DNA from: Thermomicrobiales bacterium
GTDB lineage: Bacteria; Chloroflexota; Chloroflexia; Thermomicrobiales; UBA6265
Assembly (NCBI GenBank): GCA_965218235.1
Contig: OZ244595.1
Span: 96,108-160,107, forward strand
Direction: 5' to 3'
Length of the DNA stretch: 64,000 nucleotides
Position 1 is the stretch's first letter; every line of letters starts with the position of its first letter. This document shows positions 46,026 to 54,324 of the stretch, in pieces. Both the position numbers and the translations under genes were made by a program. The notes below the pieces were generated by a model. That model was not told where the DNA came from. It ran no database searches and saw only the letters and a list, made by a program, of their open reading frames with translations.

Positions 46026-46529
46026 ATGGCCAACCAGCGACATCCCGTGACGCTGACCGTCAACGGGTCCGATCATCACCTCCTGACCGAGCCCCGCCGC
46101 ACCCTGCTCGACACCCTGCGCGAGGACCTTCGCCTGACCGGCACCAAGAAGGTCTGCAACATGGGTAACTGCGGCGCCTGCACCGTCCATATCGACGGTC
46201 GGACCGCCTACTCCTGCCTGACGCTGGCGGTCGAGTGCGACGGGCACGACATCCGCACGATCGAGGGTCTGGAGCAGCCGGAGGCGCTCGATCCGGTTCA
46301 GGAAGCCTTCATCCGGATGGACGCCTTCCAGTGTGGCTTCTGCACGCCCGGCCAGATCATGAGCCTCCGGGCGCTGCTGAACGACAACGTCAACCCGACC
46401 GAGGATGACGTCCAGGTGGCCGTCTCGGGCAATCTCTGCCGCTGCGGCGCCTACCGCAACATCATCCGGGCCGGGATGCTGGCCGCCGAGATCCAGAACG
46501 AGCGCCGCGAGAGCGAGGTGTCCCGGTGA
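46026..46529 (+). CDS. (2Fe-2S)-binding small subunit of a xanthine dehydrogenase/CoxS-family molybdoenzyme
   Basis: CNMGNCGACTV and CGFCTPG...CRCGAY are the cluster motifs. The start is ATG 46026. Confidence 0.92.
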   Translation: MANQRHPVTLTVNGSDHHLLTEPRRTLLDTLREDLRLTGTKKVCNMGNCGACTVHIDGRTAYSCLTLAVECDGHDIRTIEGLEQPEALDPVQEAFIRMDAFQCGFCTPGQIMSLRALLNDNVNPTEDDVQVAVSGNLCRCGAYRNIIRAGMLAAEIQNERRESEVSR

Positions 46530-48838
46530 CCGCGACGATGGATGTCAGCATCCAGGATGGCAAGCTCGTCCTGACGGAGCATGAGGGCGTCGATGTCTGG
46601 CCCGTGGACCGTCAGATGTCGGCCGTCGGCCAGCCGGCGACCCGGCTGGAGGGGATCGAGAAGGTGACCGGCCGGGCGCAGTACAGCTACGATGTCCGGC
46701 TGCCGAACCAGCTCTACGCCGCCGTGCTACGCAGTCCGCACCCCCATGCCCGGATCGTCCGGATCGACACCAGCCGGGCCGAGGAGCTGCCTGGCGTGCA
46801 CGCCGTGATCAGCTCGGCCAATACGCCGAAGATCCCATGGTTCACCGACAGCTTCGTCTTCGATACGACGGTCCGCTACGTCGGGGATGAGGTCGCCGCC
46901 GTCGCCGCCGAGACGGACGACATCGCGGCCTACGCTCTCCGGCTGATCGAGGTCGAGTACGAGCTCCTTCCGCACGTCATGAACGTCGAGGAGGCGATCA
47001 GGCCCGACGCCCCAAGGCTGCGCGATGAGGGCAACATCGCCGGTGACCCCAAGATCTACGACCGGGGCGATGCCGAGGCGGCGCTGGCCGGTGCCGACGT
47101 CATCGTCGAGGCGGTCTTCACCACGCAGGCCGCCCTGCACAACGCGCTGGAGTCACACGGCTGCACCGTCTCCTGGGACGGAGACGAGTTGACGGTCTGG
47201 GCATCGACGCAATCGGTCTTCACTGTCCGGCAGATGGTCTCGTCGTCTCTTGGCATCCCGGAGCACAAGGTCCGGGTGATCAAGCAGCACATGGGCGGCG
47301 GCTTCGGCGCCAAACAGGTTGCCTGGAAGAACGACATCATCGCGCCGCTGCTGGCGAAGCGCGCCGGCCGGCCGGTCCAGTTGATGCTGGACCGCCGGGG
47401 CGAGAACCTCGCCAGCGGCAACCGCAACCCGACCTGGCAGCACGTCCGGTTCGGCGCGACATCCGACGGCACGCTGGTCGGCATCTGGGCCGACATCCAC
47501 GTCAACAATGGCGCCTATCAGGTCGGCGGCGAGGCAAGCAACGTCTCCGGGATGTACCAGACGCTGTACAAGTGTGACAACGTCCACACGGAGTCGCGAA
47601 CGGTCCTGACCAACGCCGGTCCGGCCGTCGCGTTCCGGGCGCCCGGCCACGTCGAGTCGGCCTGGGCGATCGAGCAGGCGATGGACGAACTGGGCCGGCG
47701 ACTGCACCTCGATCCGGTCGAGTTCCGTCGCCGCAACTACGCGGAGCGGGACCAGCTCGAGGGCCAGGACTACTCCCTGCCGGAGGGGTTGCGGCTCTGC
47801 TACGACACGGTGACGGCGCACTTCGGCTGGGATGACTACGAGCCCTCGGCGCCCTCGGCCACGAAGCGGCGTGGACGCGGGTTCGCCGCCCACGACTGGG
47901 TCGGAGGGGCTGGGCACCCGCCCGCCTATGCCTTCGCCAAGCTGAACCCAGACGGCGGGATCGACATCGTCACCGGGACGCAGGACATCGGGACCGGCAC
48001 CCGGACCGGACTGGCTCAGGTCGCCGCCGAGGAACTGGGCGTCGGCATCGACCAGGTCCGGCTCCAGCTCGGCGACACAGCGACCGGGCCGTACTCGCCG
48101 GCCAGCTCCGGCTCCTCGACGATGGCAACGATCGGGCCCGCCGTCCGCGGCGCCGTCGCCGATGTCCGGGTGCAGCTCCTGCGGCTGGCCGCCGTCAAGA
48201 TGGAGGTCGCCGCCGAGCGGCTGACGATCAGCGAAGGCCGGATCTCGGTCGCGGGGAACACCGATCAGTCCCTCACGATCGCGGAGGTGATGGAGGACGT
48301 GGCCCCGGCCAACCTGCTCGGCAAGGGCGTTCGCGGACCGAACCCGACTGGCCTGTCAGTCCGGACCTTCGGCGCCCAGTGCATCGAAGTCGAGATCGAC
48401 ACCGCGACCGGTGAGATCACGGTCCTGCGGGTCTCGACGGCCCACGACATCGGCCGAATCATCAACCCGGCCCTGGTCGACGGCCAGATCTACGGAGGGA
48501 TCACCCAGGGGATCGGGTTCGCGCTGACCGAGGAGCGGGTCGTGGACGAGCAGCTCGGCCACGTGATGAACCCCAACCTCGAGGAGTACAGGATCCCGAC
48601 GATGCTGGACGTCCCGCCGATCCACCACGCCCACGTCGGCGTTCCCGACCTCCAGGCGAACATCACCGGCGCCAAGGGCGTCGGCGAACCGCCGCTCGTC
48701 CCGACGGCGCCCGCAATCGCGAACGCGGTCTTCGATGCGGTCGGGATCCGGGTCAACGACGCGCCGATCAGCCGGCAGCGGATGCTCGCTCTGCTGGCCG
48801 AGCAGGCCAGCGCGACCAACGGGGAGATCACCCGATGA
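46526..48838 (+). CDS. molybdopterin-binding large subunit, xanthine dehydrogenase/aldehyde oxidase family
   Basis: It is 770 aa with GGGFG, VAFRAPG and a C-terminal GVGEPP motif. The GTGA overlaps the small subunit. Confidence 0.9.
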   Translation: MTATMDVSIQDGKLVLTEHEGVDVWPVDRQMSAVGQPATRLEGIEKVTGRAQYSYDVRLPNQLYAAVLRSPHPHARIVRIDTSRAEELPGVHAVISSANTPKIPWFTDSFVFDTTVRYVGDEVAAVAAETDDIAAYALRLIEVEYELLPHVMNVEEAIRPDAPRLRDEGNIAGDPKIYDRGDAEAALAGADVIVEAVFTTQAALHNALESHGCTVSWDGDELTVWASTQSVFTVRQMVSSSLGIPEHKVRVIKQHMGGGFGAKQVAWKNDIIAPLLAKRAGRPVQLMLDRRGENLASGNRNPTWQHVRFGATSDGTLVGIWADIHVNNGAYQVGGEASNVSGMYQTLYKCDNVHTESRTVLTNAGPAVAFRAPGHVESAWAIEQAMDELGRRLHLDPVEFRRRNYAERDQLEGQDYSLPEGLRLCYDTVTAHFGWDDYEPSAPSATKRRGRGFAAHDWVGGAGHPPAYAFAKLNPDGGIDIVTGTQDIGTGTRTGLAQVAAEELGVGIDQVRLQLGDTATGPYSPASSGSSTMATIGPAVRGAVADVRVQLLRLAAVKMEVAAERLTISEGRISVAGNTDQSLTIAEVMEDVAPANLLGKGVRGPNPTGLSVRTFGAQCIEVEIDTATGEITVLRVSTAHDIGRIINPALVDGQIYGGITQGIGFALTEERVVDEQLGHVMNPNLEEYRIPTMLDVPPIHHAHVGVPDLQANITGAKGVGEPPLVPTAPAIANAVFDAVGIRVNDAPISRQRMLALLAEQASATNGEITR

Positions 48839-49824
48839 GACCCTTCGCCTATGAGCGGCCGGAGTCGATTGAGCAGGCCATGACCATGCTCGCCACCTCC
48901 GAAGCGACGAACCCGAAGATACGCCCACTGGCCGGAGGGACCGACCTGCTGACGCTGATGAAGTCCGACATCGTCATGCCGGACACCGTGATTGACCTCA
49001 AGCGAATCACCGAGCTGAACGACCGGATCGAGACGACCGCCGATGGAACGACGATCGGGGCGCTGACAACGCTATCCCAGCTGGCGCACGACCCGACGAT
49101 CAGGTCGTCCTACGGGGCACTGGCTGGCAGCGCCGGCCAGGCGGCGACCCCGCAACTGCGGAACATGGCGACGCTCGGCGGCAACGTCCTCCAGCGGCCG
49201 CGCTGCTGGTACTTCCGCGACCCCGAGATCGACTGCTGGCTCAAGGGCGGCGAGAGCTGCCCGGCGCTGGACGGCGAGAACACCCACCACGCCATCTTCC
49301 AGGAGAGCCCATGCGCCGCCGTCCACCCGTCGGATTCCGCGTCCGCCCTGCTCGCGTTGGATGCAGAGGTCCGCGTCCGGGGTTCGGCCGGGGAGCGCAC
49401 CATTCCGATCGGCGAGTTCTTCACGCTGCCGACCGATGACCACCGGCGGGAGAACCTCCTGGCACCGGGCGAGCTCATCCTCGGCTTTCGCCTGCCGACG
49501 CCAGCGCCCGGGACCCGAAGTGTCTACCTCAAGGCGATGGACCGGAAGGTCTGGGCCTTCGCGCTGGTCGGCGTCGCCGCCGCGGTGACGGTCACGGATG
49601 GCACGATCAGCGCCGCCCGGGTCGTCCTTGGCGGCGTCGCGCCGATCCCGCACCGGCTGACACGGGTCGAGGACGCCCTCCGTGGCCAGGCTCCGGTCGA
49701 GTCGCTATTCGCCCGCATCGCCGCCCTGGGTCTCGACGGGGCTGAGCCGCTCAGCCACAATGGCTACAAGGTCGACCTGTCGAAGGCGCTGATCCAGCGT
49801 GCCCTGGTCGAGGCCACCAGCTAG
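48835..49824 (+). CDS. FAD-binding subunit (CoxM/XdhB-like)
   Basis: The ATGA overlaps the large subunit. LAGGTDLL and ATLGGNV are FAD-binding motifs. Confidence 0.9.
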   Translation: MRPFAYERPESIEQAMTMLATSEATNPKIRPLAGGTDLLTLMKSDIVMPDTVIDLKRITELNDRIETTADGTTIGALTTLSQLAHDPTIRSSYGALAGSAGQAATPQLRNMATLGGNVLQRPRCWYFRDPEIDCWLKGGESCPALDGENTHHAIFQESPCAAVHPSDSASALLALDAEVRVRGSAGERTIPIGEFFTLPTDDHRRENLLAPGELILGFRLPTPAPGTRSVYLKAMDRKVWAFALVGVAAAVTVTDGTISAARVVLGGVAPIPHRLTRVEDALRGQAPVESLFARIAALGLDGAEPLSHNGYKVDLSKALIQRALVEATS

Positions 49825-49852
49825 AGGTTCCGCGACACGAGCACGGACACAG

Positions 49853-49895
49853 CCCCCAGCCCCTCGACGAGGCTATGCGAGGGGGTTAGGGGAGG
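49853..49895 (+). repeat. C-rich/G-rich intergenic hairpin element, copy E (also a terminator candidate for the molybdoenzyme operon)
   Basis: CCCCCAGCCCCTCG-11 nt-CGAGGGGGTTAGGGGAGG, 29 nt after the stop at 49824. Confidence 0.5.
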
Positions 49896-50030
49896 CGTAT
49901 CGTCACCGGGGATGGCATGGTAGAGCGTGTGGCGCGGTCTCGCCGGATCGCGTGATCGGTTGTGGCGGACGGACAGGCTGTTCCGTCCTGATCAACTCGG
50001 CTTGCCGATCATCAGGACCAGAATCGCGAT

Positions 50031-50432
50031 TCAGGTTAGGGAGAACAGCCCCGTCCCGACACGAAGGAGCGTGAGTCCTGCCGGACCAGCCCCTTCAGTT
50101 CCGATCGCCGCGAGGAGTCGACCCTGCTCCCGCTCCACAATGGCCACCTGAATCACGGCCGCGACGACGAACAGGCCGAGAGACCAACTCACCCAGGGTT
50201 GATCGAAGGCATCGATCCGGACCGCAAGGATGATCCCGAAGACCGCCACCAGGATCGACAGGAGGCCGTAGATTTTCGTCACCCGGTTCAGTACGCGGGC
50301 CACGGGAATATCACCCTGGGCGGCGTAACGGGGGAACATGCTCGCCGCTACCGTAACCGGACCGAGGAAGAGGATCGCGGTACCGATGTGGAGCGACAGC
50401 AGAATCGTGCGTTCGGTGAGCCACTCCGGCAT
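50031..50432 (-). CDS. small integral membrane protein (4 TM; DUF2269-like)
   Basis: The 133-aa protein has four hydrophobic segments and is co-oriented downstream of the DUF4267-like gene. Confidence 0.7.
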   Translation of the reverse strand: MPEWLTERTILLSLHIGTAILFLGPVTVAASMFPRYAAQGDIPVARVLNRVTKIYGLLSILVAVFGIILAVRIDAFDQPWVSWSLGLFVVAAVIQVAIVEREQGRLLAAIGTEGAGPAGLTLLRVGTGLFSLT

Positions 50433-50487
50433 CGACGGATCTCCTTCTCGCTACGTCCGACTGGCGAGCGGCGAGCGGCGAGCGGCG

Positions 50488-50895
50488 TCAAATGGCATCT
50501 TGGGCGTTCTCCTGAGCCAACAGCGCCGCCGCTCCCAGAATCATTACGGCCGCCGTCGCGCCGTGGACCCCGAATGCGACGTTGGCCGACCCGCCACAGC
50601 TCTTGACGATGCAGGCGTCGCCGATCGGAATGATGCTCGCGGCCAGCAATGCCAGCGCGGTAGCCCGGCGCTGACGATTGATCAAGAGGGTGGTCACGAT
50701 CATGCCCGTGCCAATGTCCCGAACGCCTTTGACCAACAGGAACGGGTCGGTCGCGGGTGGTGGTACCGGGACGCCGTAGGAAGGCGCGACTCCACCTGGG
50801 TCACGCAGGTATCGGCTTCCGATCCACATGATGCCCAGCCCACCCAGCGAAGCGACCGAGTAGCCGAAGTAGCGTGCGTAGTTCAGGTATCGCAT
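50488..50895 (-). CDS. small integral membrane protein (DUF4267-like)
   Basis: 135 aa. The FLLVKGVRDIGTGM pattern is present. AGGAG lies 5 nt upstream of the ATG. It is divergent from the TetR gene. Confidence 0.7.
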   Translation of the reverse strand: MRYLNYARYFGYSVASLGGLGIMWIGSRYLRDPGGVAPSYGVPVPPPATDPFLLVKGVRDIGTGMIVTTLLINRQRRATALALLAASIIPIGDACIVKSCGGSANVAFGVHGATAAVMILGAAALLAQENAQDAI

Positions 50896-50912
50896 GGTGG
50901 CTCCTGTCGGTG

Positions 50913-50969
50913 ATAGATATGCTATCTATGCTATTCGATTCCCACCCCGAAGTCTAGCACTGCTATAAT
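50913..50969. promoter_or_regulatory. divergent control region: palindrome ATAGATA-tgc-TATCTAT (candidate TetR operator) plus extended -10 TGcTATAAT
   Basis: The inverted repeat is at 50913-50929. TATGCTAT is repeated directly at 50918 and 50927. TATAAT is at 50964-50969, only 6 nt before the TetR ATG (50976). Confidence 0.5.
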
Positions 50970-50975
50970 CCGGAC

Positions 50976-51554
50976 ATGCCGAATCACAGCCGTCGTGAGC
51001 GACAACGCGAGCAGCGACGCCAACTGATTCTGGACACGGCGCGCGAGATCGCTGAATCCCGCGGGTGGGAGGCCGTCACGACTCGGCTGCTGGCCGAGCG
51101 AATCGAGTACAGCCAGCCGGTGCTGTACAGCCATTTCTCCGGTGTCGGCGCGATCATCAGTGCGGTCGCACTTCAAGGTTTCACAGAACTGGCCGGCTCC
51201 CTACGCGCCAGTGCTGCCGCTGCCAAAGATCATGCGTCGGCGCTTGAAGCTGTCGCCCGCGACTATCTCCGCTTTGCGGATCAACACCCGGCTGTCTACG
51301 CGGCGATGTTTGGCCTGCCGACCGACCTGGAGTTCGCCAGCGAGGATTCTCCCGAACCGCTCCGGGCAGCGTTCATGGTCATTCAGGATGCGCTGGCCGA
51401 AGTCACCGGCGAGTGCAACCTTGAATCACGCACCGAACTTGTCTGGAGCACGTTGCATGGGCTGGCTACATTGGGTGCCGCACAGCGACTACGTCCCGAT
51501 CCTGACGACGAGCGGCTGAAGTTGCTTATCGACCAACTGCTGGCAAAAACGTAA
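50976..51554 (+). CDS. TetR/AcrR family transcriptional regulator
   Basis: The N-terminal HTH is RRQLILDTAREIAESRGWEAVTTRLLAERIEYSQPVLYSHF. Confidence 0.9.
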   Translation: MPNHSRRERQREQRRQLILDTAREIAESRGWEAVTTRLLAERIEYSQPVLYSHFSGVGAIISAVALQGFTELAGSLRASAAAAKDHASALEAVARDYLRFADQHPAVYAAMFGLPTDLEFASEDSPEPLRAAFMVIQDALAEVTGECNLESRTELVWSTLHGLATLGAAQRLRPDPDDERLKLLIDQLLAKT

Positions 51555-51711
51555 GACCACGACCCGAATGATCTCTTACGGCTCGGTCGTGGCCCTCGCT
51601 CCCATGGCCAGGCTGTATCCGCTGGATAGAACCAGGCGCGGATACGGCTGATGGGCAACGAACCGTAGGGACTCCGGATTAGTCGGTCAATCGGCAAGTC
51701 GGTTCACATGT

Positions 51712-52689
51712 TCAGGACAGCGCCAGCGCGATGCGATCCGCGTTCTGGCGGACCATTCCCAGGTAGCGGCCCGGATAGGTGTTCCCCAGCCCGAGCCCGC
51801 TGCCGTAAAGGAGCCCGGCCAGCGGAATGACCGCGGCCGACGTCGCGGCGTGAAGGATCGCCGTCTGAATCGCGGTCGGCGACATGCTGGCGTCCGGGAA
51901 GACCGCGGATGCCTGGTTGGCGAGCAGCGCCGCCGCGAACCGGTCGACATCGGCCTCGACAGGAAACGGGACAGTGTCATCCAGCAGGGCGAGCGTCTCG
52001 AACCCGTAGCGCCGACCGAAGTAGGCGAACGTCGCGTTGGCCGTCGCCAGGATGCGCCGCTCTGCAGGGATGCGGTCGAGGCGGCGCTGGAGGTAGTCGT
52101 CGGCGAGCGCGATCTGGTTGAGATACACGACGCTGTTCCTGTCCCAGGCCGCCCGATGGACCTCGTTGTCGTCCTGATCGATCAGCGCCTGGAGAACCCG
52201 CGAGACCAGCCACGGCATCTGCGTCGGGTCCTGCCAGATATAAGGATCCGGATTTCCGCCGGCGGTCGCGATGATGGAGTCGGCCGGGATCGTCTCCGTC
52301 GCCATCACGACCGGGATGTCGCCAGCCGCGGCCAACAAACCTTCGAGTCCTGGTTCGAGCCCCAGACCATGCCGCACGATCACGTCGGCGTCGACGAAGA
52401 CGTCGCCAGCGGTCGGGCCGGGGACGAAGCGGCGCGGGTCGGCCGACGGCGGCATCATCGCCCGGACCTCGACGCGTGAGCCGCCAACCGAGCGGATGAT
52501 GTCCCCAAGGATCGGCGTCGTCGCGACGACCGTCAGCCACGGCGGCACGACCCCCGCCGCGTCGTCCTCACTCCTCCCACCGGACGGGACGCAGCCACTC
52601 AGCAGCGAAGCCGCACCGGCGGCCGACGCGGCGATGAGCACCCGGCGGTCGAACCGCCGTGCCTGGTCGGGACGCTGCTGGGCTGGCAC
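51712..52689 (-). CDS. ZnuA/TroA-fold solute-binding lipoprotein (Tat signal + lipobox) with non-canonical metal-site residues
   Basis: This is the C-terminal 325 codons of track ORF 51712..54279. The GTG at 52689 has GGAGA 8 nt upstream. The signal is RRFDRRVLIAASAAGAASLLSGC. The ZnuA-like body is TVVATTPILGDIIRSVGG..., NPDPYIWQDP, ATANATFAYFGRRYG. Confidence 0.7.
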   Translation of the reverse strand: MPAQQRPDQARRFDRRVLIAASAAGAASLLSGCVPSGGRSEDDAAGVVPPWLTVVATTPILGDIIRSVGGSRVEVRAMMPPSADPRRFVPGPTAGDVFVDADVIVRHGLGLEPGLEGLLAAAGDIPVVMATETIPADSIIATAGGNPDPYIWQDPTQMPWLVSRVLQALIDQDDNEVHRAAWDRNSVVYLNQIALADDYLQRRLDRIPAERRILATANATFAYFGRRYGFETLALLDDTVPFPVEADVDRFAAALLANQASAVFPDASMSPTAIQTAILHAATSAAVIPLAGLLYGSGLGLGNTYPGRYLGMVRQNADRIALALS

Positions 52690-52733
52690 GGCGGGGCTCT
52701 CCTGGACGAGGCTGGCCGGATCGATTCGCGTGG

Positions 52734-54104
52734 CTACTGGAGCGGCGGCAGATTCATCCCGCGAAGGGCCTTTGGCATCTTGCCCTTCTTCGTCATCTGG
52801 CCCATCTGCGTCATCATCTTCTGCATCTGCTCGAACTGGGTGACGAGCTGGTTGATGTCCTGCGTCGTCTTGCCGCAGCCCCGCGCGATCCGGACCTTGC
52901 GGCTGTGACTCCCCCGGCGGCTGGACCGGAGCAGGTCCGGCCGTTTGCGCTCCTCCGGCGTCATCGAGTAGATGATCGCCTCGATCTTCTTGTAGTCGTC
53001 GTCGGAGATCTCGGCCTTGGCCTGCCGCATCTGGGCGCCGAGGCCGGGGATCATCTCCATTAGCTGGCTGAGCGGACCCATCTGCTTGATCTTCTGGAGC
53101 TGGTCGAGGAAGTCCTCGAGGTTGAACTGCCCCTTCAGCATCCGGTCCTGGAGCCGCTCCGCGTCCTGCTCCGTCGTGAGCTCCTGCGCCCGCTCGACCA
53201 GCGAGACGACGTCGCCCATGCCAAGGATCCGGCCGGCGAGCCGCTCCGGGTAGAACGGCTCCATCGCGTCCGCCTTCTCGCCGGTACCGATGAACTTGAT
53301 CGGCACCCCGGCGACCGCCCGGATCGAGAGGGCCGCGCCACCGCGGGCGTCGCCGTCCATCTTGGTCAGGATCAGGCCGGTGACATCCAGCTGGGTGTGG
53401 AACGCCTCGGCGACGCCGACGGCCTCCTGGCCGGTCATCGCGTCGGCGACCAGCAGGATCTCGGTCGGGTTGACGGCGGCCTTGACGTTGACGAGCTCCT
53501 GCATCAGTCGCTCGTCGATCTGGAGCCGGCCGGCGGTATCGATGATGACCGGATCCAGCCCCCGCTCGATGGCGAAGCGGACGCCGTTGCGGACGATGTC
53601 GACCGGGTTGTGGTCGACCCCCTCGTCGTAGACCGGGATGTTGAGCTGCTTGCCGAGCGACTGGAGCTGGTTGACGGCGGCTGGGCGGTAGACGTCGGCG
53701 GCGACGAGCAACGGCGCCCGGCCCTGCTTGCGCGTGAACAGTGCCAGCTTGGACGCGTGGGTCGTCTTGCCCGACCCCTGGAGGCCAACCAGCATGATGA
53801 TCTGGGGACCGCCATCCGGGAGCCGGAGCGGTTCGCGCTCTCGGCCGAGGATGTTGATGAGCTCCTCGTGGACGATACCAATGACGGTCTGGGCAGGCGT
53901 CAGGCTTTGGAGGACTTCCTGCCCGATCGCCCGCTCCTTGACCGTCGCGACGAAGGTCTTGACGACCTTGAAGTTCACGTCGGCCTCGAGCAGCGCCCGC
54001 CGGACCTCGCGCATGGCCTCGTCGACGTCGGCCTCGCCGAGCCGGCCCTTCTTCGAGAGTCGGCCGAACGTCTCGTTCAGTCGATCGGTGAGTGCTTCGA
54101 ACAT
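52734..54104 (-). CDS. ffh: signal recognition particle protein Ffh
   Basis: MFEALTDRLNETFGRL, GLQGSGKTT, DTAGRL and a Met-rich M domain (MQKMMTQMGQM) are present. Confidence 0.97.
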   Translation of the reverse strand: MFEALTDRLNETFGRLSKKGRLGEADVDEAMREVRRALLEADVNFKVVKTFVATVKERAIGQEVLQSLTPAQTVIGIVHEELINILGREREPLRLPDGGPQIIMLVGLQGSGKTTHASKLALFTRKQGRAPLLVAADVYRPAAVNQLQSLGKQLNIPVYDEGVDHNPVDIVRNGVRFAIERGLDPVIIDTAGRLQIDERLMQELVNVKAAVNPTEILLVADAMTGQEAVGVAEAFHTQLDVTGLILTKMDGDARGGAALSIRAVAGVPIKFIGTGEKADAMEPFYPERLAGRILGMGDVVSLVERAQELTTEQDAERLQDRMLKGQFNLEDFLDQLQKIKQMGPLSQLMEMIPGLGAQMRQAKAEISDDDYKKIEAIIYSMTPEERKRPDLLRSSRRGSHSRKVRIARGCGKTTQDINQLVTQFEQMQKMMTQMGQMTKKGKMPKALRGMNLPPLQ

Positions 54105-54324
54105 CGTGGTGCTCCTGGGTGACCCGCGCGGCGGTCCCGGATGGCCGGAACGGGGGAACGGACCATGCCGGCGGGTGGGGAAGAATCATCGACAAGGATA
54201 ACGCACCGGGCAATGCCGTCCGCGCCTGTCGTCCGGCACGATACCCCCGCACCGTCCCGCCCGGATCGCATCCCAGCACGCCGTCGATTCCTGGCGCATC
54301 GGGACATTCGTCCCAGGCCGTGGG

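Noticed and set aside
52690-54279. Upstream 530 codons of the 855-aa ORF 51712..54279 (-)
   Set aside because: This is an alternate frame over ffh. Only the last 325 codons, after a GTG with an RBS and a Tat-lipoprotein signal, look like a real ZnuA-fold protein.
54105-54324. Possible SRP (4.5S) RNA gene in the ftsY-ffh spacer
   Set aside because: I read both strands for the conserved domain IV core (..CCAGGUCAGGUCCGGAAGGAAGCAGCC..) and found nothing similar. Only generic hairpins are present. This remains checkable with RF00169 and RF01854.
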